Positions 58,272 to 64,000 of a stretch of 64,000 nucleotides of DNA are shown in pieces (positions within the stretch are counted from its first letter, which is position 1; each line of letters opens with the position of its first letter). Source of the DNA: an uncultured delta proteobacterium (GTDB lineage Bacteria; Myxococcota; Kuafuiibacteriia; Kuafuiibacteriales; Kuafuiibacteriaceae); assembly GCA_963803435.1 (NCBI GenBank), contig CAWDML010000001.1, positions 1,440,001 to 1,504,000 on the forward strand. The letters are read 5' to 3'. Both the position numbers and the translations under genes were made by a program. The notes under the pieces are model-generated. The model was given only the letters and a program-made list of their open reading frames with translations. It had not been told where the DNA came from and did no database searches.

Positions 58272-59594
58272 TCATTGGGACTCGAACGCATCGTCGGTGG
58301 CGGCGAGGCACTCGTCGATGATCGCGAAGCCCTCGCGGAGCTGCGCCTCGGTGATACACAGCGGCGGGTTCGCCGTGAAGCTCGACCAGCGGACGAACGT
58401 GAACAGGCCCTTCTCCAGGAACCGCCTGCCCAGCTCCGCCATCGCCGGGTGACTGCCGTTGTAGGGCGCCATCAGGTCACCCTTCGCGTTCTTCTGGATG
58501 TCGATCATCCCGAAGAGCCCGATGCAGCGGCCCTCCTTCACCGAGGGGTGCTTGGCCTTCAGCCGATCCATCTCGGCGCGCATCACCTTCTCCAGGCGCG
58601 CGGCGTTCTCGATCATGCCTTCGCCGACGAGCACCTCGAGCACCGCGTCCGCGACGGCCACCGCGAAGTTGTGCGAGTTGTACGTGAGGCCGCCCCAGAA
58701 GACGTTCTGATCGAAGTGCTTCGCGATCGGGTCCGACACGCCCATCGCGCCCAGCGGCACGTACGAGCTGGTGAGGCCCTTCGCCATCGTCACGATGTCC
58801 GGGACGATGCCCCCGTGCATGAAGGCGAACATCTTCCCGGTCCGCCCAAAGCCGGCCATCACCTCGTCCGCGATCAACAGGATCCCGTTCTTCTCCAGGA
58901 GCGCCTTCAGCCCCTTGAGGTAGCCCTGGGGCGGGGGGAGGATGCCGTTGGTGCCGGTGACCGGCTCGATGATCATGGCCGCGATCGTCTGCGCCCCTTC
59001 GTACATGATCATCTCCTCCAGATACTGGAGGTTGTTCTTCGTCTGCTCCTCCTCGGTGGCGCCGAAGGAGTAGTCGTACGGGCGCGGATCGAGGACGCGG
59101 ATCACGCCCGGCATGCCCGGCTCGTTCGGCCAGCGGCGCGGGTCACCGGTGAGCTGCATGGTGGCGTTGGTGCCGCCGTGATAGCTGCGGTAGCGCGACA
59201 GGATCTTCTGCTTGCTGGTGTACAGCCTGGCGGCGCGGATCGCGTTCTCGTTGGCCTCGGCGCCCCCCAGCGTGAAGAAGAACCGGTTGATGTTGCCCGG
59301 CACCAGCTCCGACAGGCGCTTCGCCAGCTGCGCGCGCTCGCGCGTGGCCGTCCCCGGATACACGTACAGGAGCCCCTCGGCGGCCCGCTTCATCGCGGCC
59401 ACCACCTTGGGATGGCTGTGGCCGATGTTCACGCTCATCAGCTGGCTGTTGAAGTCGAGGATCCGGCGACCGTCCGCGGTGTAGACGTAGATGCCTTCGG
59501 CGCGATCGATCACGAGCGGGGTCACCTTGTCGTTGGCAGCCCACGCGTACATCGTGTGCGTCTTGCAGAGGTCGGCGATCTCTCTCGGATCCAT
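58272..59594 (-). CDS. Class III PLP aminotransferase (taurine/omega-amino acid type)
   Basis: DFNSQLMSVNIGH, GGAEANENA, SYHG, IADEVMAGFGRTG, PDIVTMAKG. Confidence 0.95.
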   Translation of the reverse strand: MDPREIADLCKTHTMYAWAANDKVTPLVIDRAEGIYVYTADGRRILDFNSQLMSVNIGHSHPKVVAAMKRAAEGLLYVYPGTATRERAQLAKRLSELVPGNINRFFFTLGGAEANENAIRAARLYTSKQKILSRYRSYHGGTNATMQLTGDPRRWPNEPGMPGVIRVLDPRPYDYSFGATEEEQTKNNLQYLEEMIMYEGAQTIAAMIIEPVTGTNGILPPPQGYLKGLKALLEKNGILLIADEVMAGFGRTGKMFAFMHGGIVPDIVTMAKGLTSSYVPLGAMGVSDPIAKHFDQNVFWGGLTYNSHNFAVAVADAVLEVLVGEGMIENAARLEKVMRAEMDRLKAKHPSVKEGRCIGLFGMIDIQKNAKGDLMAPYNGSHPAMAELGRRFLEKGLFTFVRWSSFTANPPLCITEAQLREGFAIIDECLAATDDAFESQ

Positions 59595-59613
59595 GTCGGA
59601 TCGAGGCGCTACT

Positions 59614-62600
59614 TCAATTGCCGGCGCTCGGCAACACCACGATGTCGGACATCCGCAGGAGCAGGTTCGGACCGAGCGGGCCGGCCATCGGCGCGATCGC
59701 CGGGAAGTCGCGGCGATGCCGATCGTCCAGCGTGACGCTCAGCGGGTGGTTCGTCGACGCGAACGGGAAGCCGATGCTCGAGGCGACCCAATCGAGCTGG
59801 CCCGCCACCGTGCGGCCCTCGGGATCGAGGTCGCCGTCGAGCCGGTATCCGAGCGACGCATCCACGCGCACGCGCTGGCCGGAACGCCCTCGGATGATGT
59901 CGAGCCCGTCGAGCCGTGACAGATAGGCGGAGATCCCGCCGAACCCCTCCGGCCGCACCCCGAGCTGCGCGCCCACCGAAGCGGCGTTGGTTCCGCCGGC
60001 CCCCAGATGGCAGCTGGTGCAGTCGAGGCCCGGGCGGACCCGCTGGAGCGCATGGGGCGTGACCGGGTTGAAGACGAACGCTGCGTTGGCGCCCATCTCG
60101 GGGCGCTGCTCGAACACTGGACCGTCCGCGTTCGGCAGGAGCCCGGCCACCTCCTGATCGTAGGGGCGCAGGCCGTAGCCGTCGCGGTGACGATAGACGC
60201 CGTACCGGATCGCCGGATCGCCGGCGACGATGCTCCTGCGCCCGTACCAGTCGAGCCCGTCGGCGTCGAGGTGCCGGAGGCGCAGACCGCCGGCCGAGGT
60301 GAACGGCGCCACTCGCCCGCGCGCGTCGACGCCGAGCTGGAGATCAAGCGGAGAGACGAACGTCAGCTCGGCCTGCGTGATCCTTCCGAGCGTGTACTCG
60401 CCCGTCGCCGGCGAGAAGCCGCGCGCGCCGCCGGTGTCGTCGAGCGTCACGTGGCAACCGAAGCAGGCGTTGGTCCAGGCGGCGTGACAGGCCGAGCACT
60501 CGAGGCCTTCGAGGTGCGTGAAGTCGGGCGTCACGGAGCCGGTCTCCGCCAGCTGATCGAGCGTGCAGCGGGCCGGGTCGCCGGCCGCGCACGGCCCCAC
60601 GCCGTCGCCCGGATCCGTGTTGACGCGCCCGTGGAAGATCGAGGCGGACAGCGAGTATTCGGACGCGGGCGGCGCCAGGGCGTCGCGCACCTGAGGCACG
60701 CGGATCACGAGGCCGCTCTTCGATTGCAGGTACCGGCCCGGGATCAGCTGCGCGCACGCGGGGTCGGTCCGATGTCTCGGGATGGTCTCGCCCACCTCCG
60801 GGCACGCGAACAACCGGCGGATCGGGTTGCGATTGTCGGCGCCGAACGGGAGCGCGCGCGCGTCGAGGCTTCCGTGGCAGTCGGCGCACTCGATCTCGGT
60901 GGCTTGCTCCTGCCGCGACCAGAGCACGCCGGAGAGATCGTCGACCTGCTCGGGGTCGGTCCAGTCCGTGACCTCGGGGACCTTCACGCGCCGGACCTCG
61001 TTGTGGAGCTCCGCCGAGGTATGGCAGTCGATGCACTCTAGGTTGGCCAGGTAGTGGACGTCGGCCGGGATGTCGTTGAAGCCATCGCCGTTCCAGTCGA
61101 CGAAGTGGAGGATCTGATCCTGCGCCAGCCCGTGCCGGCGCGCGGCCGGCTCGATCTGGTTGTCGATCTCGTCGGTGAGCTGAAGCTCGCCGGCGCCGAG
61201 CGCGCGCGTCGCCGTCCGGTTCGGATCGATCTGATAGCCGCGAAACTGGAGATCCGTCTGGTTCGAGCCCGAGTGGCACACGCCGCACTGTCGCGATCCG
61301 ACCGCCGTGATCAGGCGATGGGTGATCGGATGGGGCCGCTCCGGTCCCAGCCAGCCTCCGCTCGCGCTCGAGACATTGGACGGATCGAACCCGGCGATGC
61401 TGGAGTAGGCGGCGGGATACGTCGGCTCGGACGCCACGATGTTGGCGTCGCGGGAGAGGGAGCGACCGAAGTCCGAGTAGACCATGTGGCAGGCCGAGCA
61501 GCCCGAGCCCCGGAAGTCGCCGAAGCGATCGTTGCGCCCGGCGCTGTAGAGGTGGCATCCGCCGCAGGCCTTGTCGTATGCGTCCTCCAGCAGATCCATC
61601 TCGCCGTACGGCGTGATCGACGACCGGTCCGGCGGAGCGAAGGCCGCGATCCGCGGGACCGAGCCGACCAGCGTCGCGTCATAGGCGAGCGCGCCGAGCT
61701 CGGGCACGCCGCCGGTCATCCCGGTGGTGGCGTCGAGCTTATAGATCCCGTCGGCGCCCCGGGTGAGCGCACGCGGCAGACCGGAGGCGGCCCGCGCGCC
61801 ATCGATCAGACCGGCGGCCGTGGCCATCGGCGAGCGACGCATGTTCTCCACCCGGGCGCGATGACACCCAGAGGACTTTCCGCAGGATTGGTCGGCGATC
61901 CGCAGGTCGCCCGGATCGCGAAAGCGCAGCCACTCGAGCCCCCCCGCGAACCGCTCGACGCCGGCGAGCGTCAGGTAGTTGTAGTAGTAGCGCAGGTTCG
62001 GCCGCCCCTCCGCCGGCGCGCCCACGCTCCACTCCTGGGGGATCGGCACGTGGGCGAGGACGCGGTCGCTCTGGCTCGGATCGCCGCCGTGACACCCGGC
62101 GCAGGTGAGCTCGGGTCCACCGTACCAGGGGTGCGGATCCTCGATGGCATCGTGGCACTCGCCGCAGGTGTTGCGCGTCGGCGGAGCGATGCAACCTCCG
62201 GTCTGCGTCAGATCGGTCCCGTCGCGGGCGTAGCGGCACTCGCTGCACAGCACCGGGCGGCACGCCGGCTCGTGAGGTGCCTCGCAGCAGTCGGCCTCCG
62301 TGCAGGCCTGACAGGCGTCGCTCCCGGGATAGCGACAAGTGCCGGACGGACAGTCCTCGACACACTGGTCGGCCGACAGCGTGAAGCCGGGGATGCAGCC
62401 GGTGGGGACGCAACGGCAGTCGAACCCGCCGCCGCCGAGCGCGACGTAGCTCTCGACGAGGCCGACGGCGCCCGGAGGGATCGGCGCCAGCGAGCAGTCG
62501 CAGGGCGCCGGGTTGCAGGTGCAGAGCGAGGGGTCGAGGACCGTCCCCGCCAGGCACTGGACACCGTTGCACGGCGCCTCGCAGGATCCATCGGCGCACG

Positions 62601-62725
62601 CGTCGACGCAAAGACCGTCGGCGCCCAACACGGTTCCCTCGGGACACGGGTCGCTCACGTCGGAGGGACAGCCGCTCGAGGCGAGGACGAGCAGCGCTGG
62701 GAGCAGAGCCTTCGTGGCGCTTCAT
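59614..62725 (-). CDS. Multiheme c-type cytochrome lipoprotein (10 CxxCH plus 1 CX5CH); extra base just after the start codon
   Basis: CGECH, CAGCH, CGGCH, CSACH, CGVCH, CIDCH, CADCH, CSACH, CFGCH, CTSCH and CGKSSGCH. Removing one A from ATGAAGC at ~62722 restores the lipoprotein signal MSATKALLPALLVLASSGC. Confidence 0.9.
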
Positions 62726-62755
62726 TGTGCAGGCAAGGCCCGCAGGGCGACAAGG

Positions 62756-63431
62756 TCATCCGCGCTTCGGGACCAGCTGCTCGAGGGACAGCTCTGCCAG
62801 CTTCCTCGCGGCCCGGGTGGTGTCGGGGGCGGACAGGAGCGCGCGGAGGATCTCGAATCCCCTCTCGCCGCCGTCCCAGCCGCGAGAGCGCGAGCGCCTT
62901 GTTGATCGAGAGGACCCCCGCGGTCTCCGCGTCCGGCCCCAGCGACAGACCGGTCTCGAGCGCGGCCAGCTTCTGCGGATCGCTCTCGGTGAGGAACGCG
63001 TGCTCCTTCCATACCGGCGCCAGGCGTGGATACCTCTGGAGCAGGTAGCGGACGTACCTCTTCTGCTCGCCCTCGTCCTCGATCCACTCGAGCTTGAGAT
63101 AGTCCAGATAGGCGCCCGGCGGCAGCGCGCCGGTCCGCTCCGCCTCGAGCGTGTGCACCGCGGTCTTCGTGGTGAAGAACCCGCCCGGCGCCAGGCGATC
63201 CACCTCGCGGTACGCGGCCAAGGCGGCGACGGCGTCTCCGCTCAAGAGGTGCGTGAAGGCGGCGTCGTAGCGGGGATAGGGCCACGACGGCGCCAGGCGC
63301 GCGGCGGCCGCGAACTTGGCCAGCGCCTCGGCGTAGCGGCCGGCCGACGCAAGCCGGCGACCGGTCCGGTGGAGCTCGACCGCCTCCGCGGGAGGTGTTC
63401 CGTACGTGTCCACTCGAAGTCTCGCCCTCAT
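62756..63431 (-). CDS. TPR protein; +1 frameshift at ~62857
   Basis: GRYAEALAKFAAAARLAPSWPYPRYDAAF. The C-terminal EILRALLSAPDTTRAARKLAELSL helix is restored by reading GATTC as GATC. Confidence 0.75.
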
Positions 63432-64000
63432 CGGCTCCCTCGGTGCCACGACACCGAGCTCTTCCTCGCCACCGCCCAGCGGTAGGTCTCCTCGTAACGC
63501 TGGGCGGCGCGCGTCCAGCTGAAGTCCCTGGTCATCCCTCGCTCCTGCATGATCCTGATCAGCTCGGGATCCTCCCGGTAGACCGAGACCGCCCAGTGCA
63601 CGGTATCGACGAGGCTCTCCTCCGAGAGATCGTACAGCTTGAAGCCGGTGCCGGTGCCTGCGACCGGATCGCACTGCTCGACCGTATCCTCGAGACCGCC
63701 GGTCGCGCGCACGATCGGGAGCGTACCGTATCGCTGGCTGTACATCTGATTGAGCCCGCACGGCTCGAAGCGCGAGGGCATCAGAAAGAAGTCGGCGGCC
63801 GCCTCGAAGCGATGCGCGAGCGGCTCGTTGTGCCCGATCCAGGCGTAGAAGCGTCCGCCTCCCGAGTCGGAGCGCTCGCGCAGGTACGCCTCCAGGACCG
63901 GATCGCCCGCGCCGAGCACCACCAGCTGCGTGTCGAGCTCGAGGAGACGATCGAGGGCGGCGGCCACCACGTCGATCCCCTTCTGTACGTGGAGGCGCGA
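63428..64000 (-). CDS. glgA: Glycogen synthase, C-terminal part (5' end outside the window)
   Basis: SRLHVQKGID, FLMPSRFEPCGLNQMYSQRYGTLPIVRATGGLEDTV, DFSW..AA..Y. Confidence 0.95.
   Translation of the reverse strand, partial: SRLHVQKGIDVVAAALDRLLELDTQLVVLGAGDPVLEAYLRERSDSGGGRFYAWIGHNEPLAHRFEAAADFFLMPSRFEPCGLNQMYSQRYGTLPIVRATGGLEDTVEQCDPVAGTGTGFKLYDLSEESLVDTVHWAVSVYREDPELIRIMQERGMTRDFSWTRAAQRYEETYRWAVARKSSVSWHRGSR

Overview
Very GC-rich (visually about 70%) bacterial chromosomal segment with Myxococcota hallmarks: a MYXO-CTERM-like tail, PEGA/TPR proteins, many Cys-rich lipoproteins, an ECF sigma/FecR cluster and a kinase-AAA-TPR fusion. Recognisable genes are a partial DPP III (M49 peptidase), LysR regulator, CNNM/CBS protein, glgP, ligA, glnS, a dual cNMP-binding protein, S8 protease, GNAT, NarL-type regulator, TlpA, recC-recB-recD, rsmE, GH15, SWIM-SNF2 helicase, DDAH, two beta-helix lipoproteins, a DTW protein, class III aminotransferase, a decaheme-plus cytochrome c lipoprotein and partial glgA. 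No rRNA, tRNA or CRISPR array was seen. All calls come from reading motifs by eye; no searches were run. Most notable observations: (1) seven +1 frameshifts and one in-frame TGA fall on the same CGATC motif (GATC read as GATTC/GAATC or GATT), suggesting a DNA-modification footprint in the sequence calls; (2) a CTAG-bounded IS1182-derived element whose ~70-bp inverted ends contain hexamer tandem repeats and which carries a four-helix-bundle passenger gene; (3) an orphan protein with a harpin-like N-terminus and an L,D-transpeptidase-like H...SxGC domain; (4) a lipoprotein with three 45-aa Cys6/His3 repeats ending an ECF operon; (5) a LigA with a duplicated subdomain Ia; (6) a 72-bp REP-like tandem insertion inside the SNF2 coding sequence.
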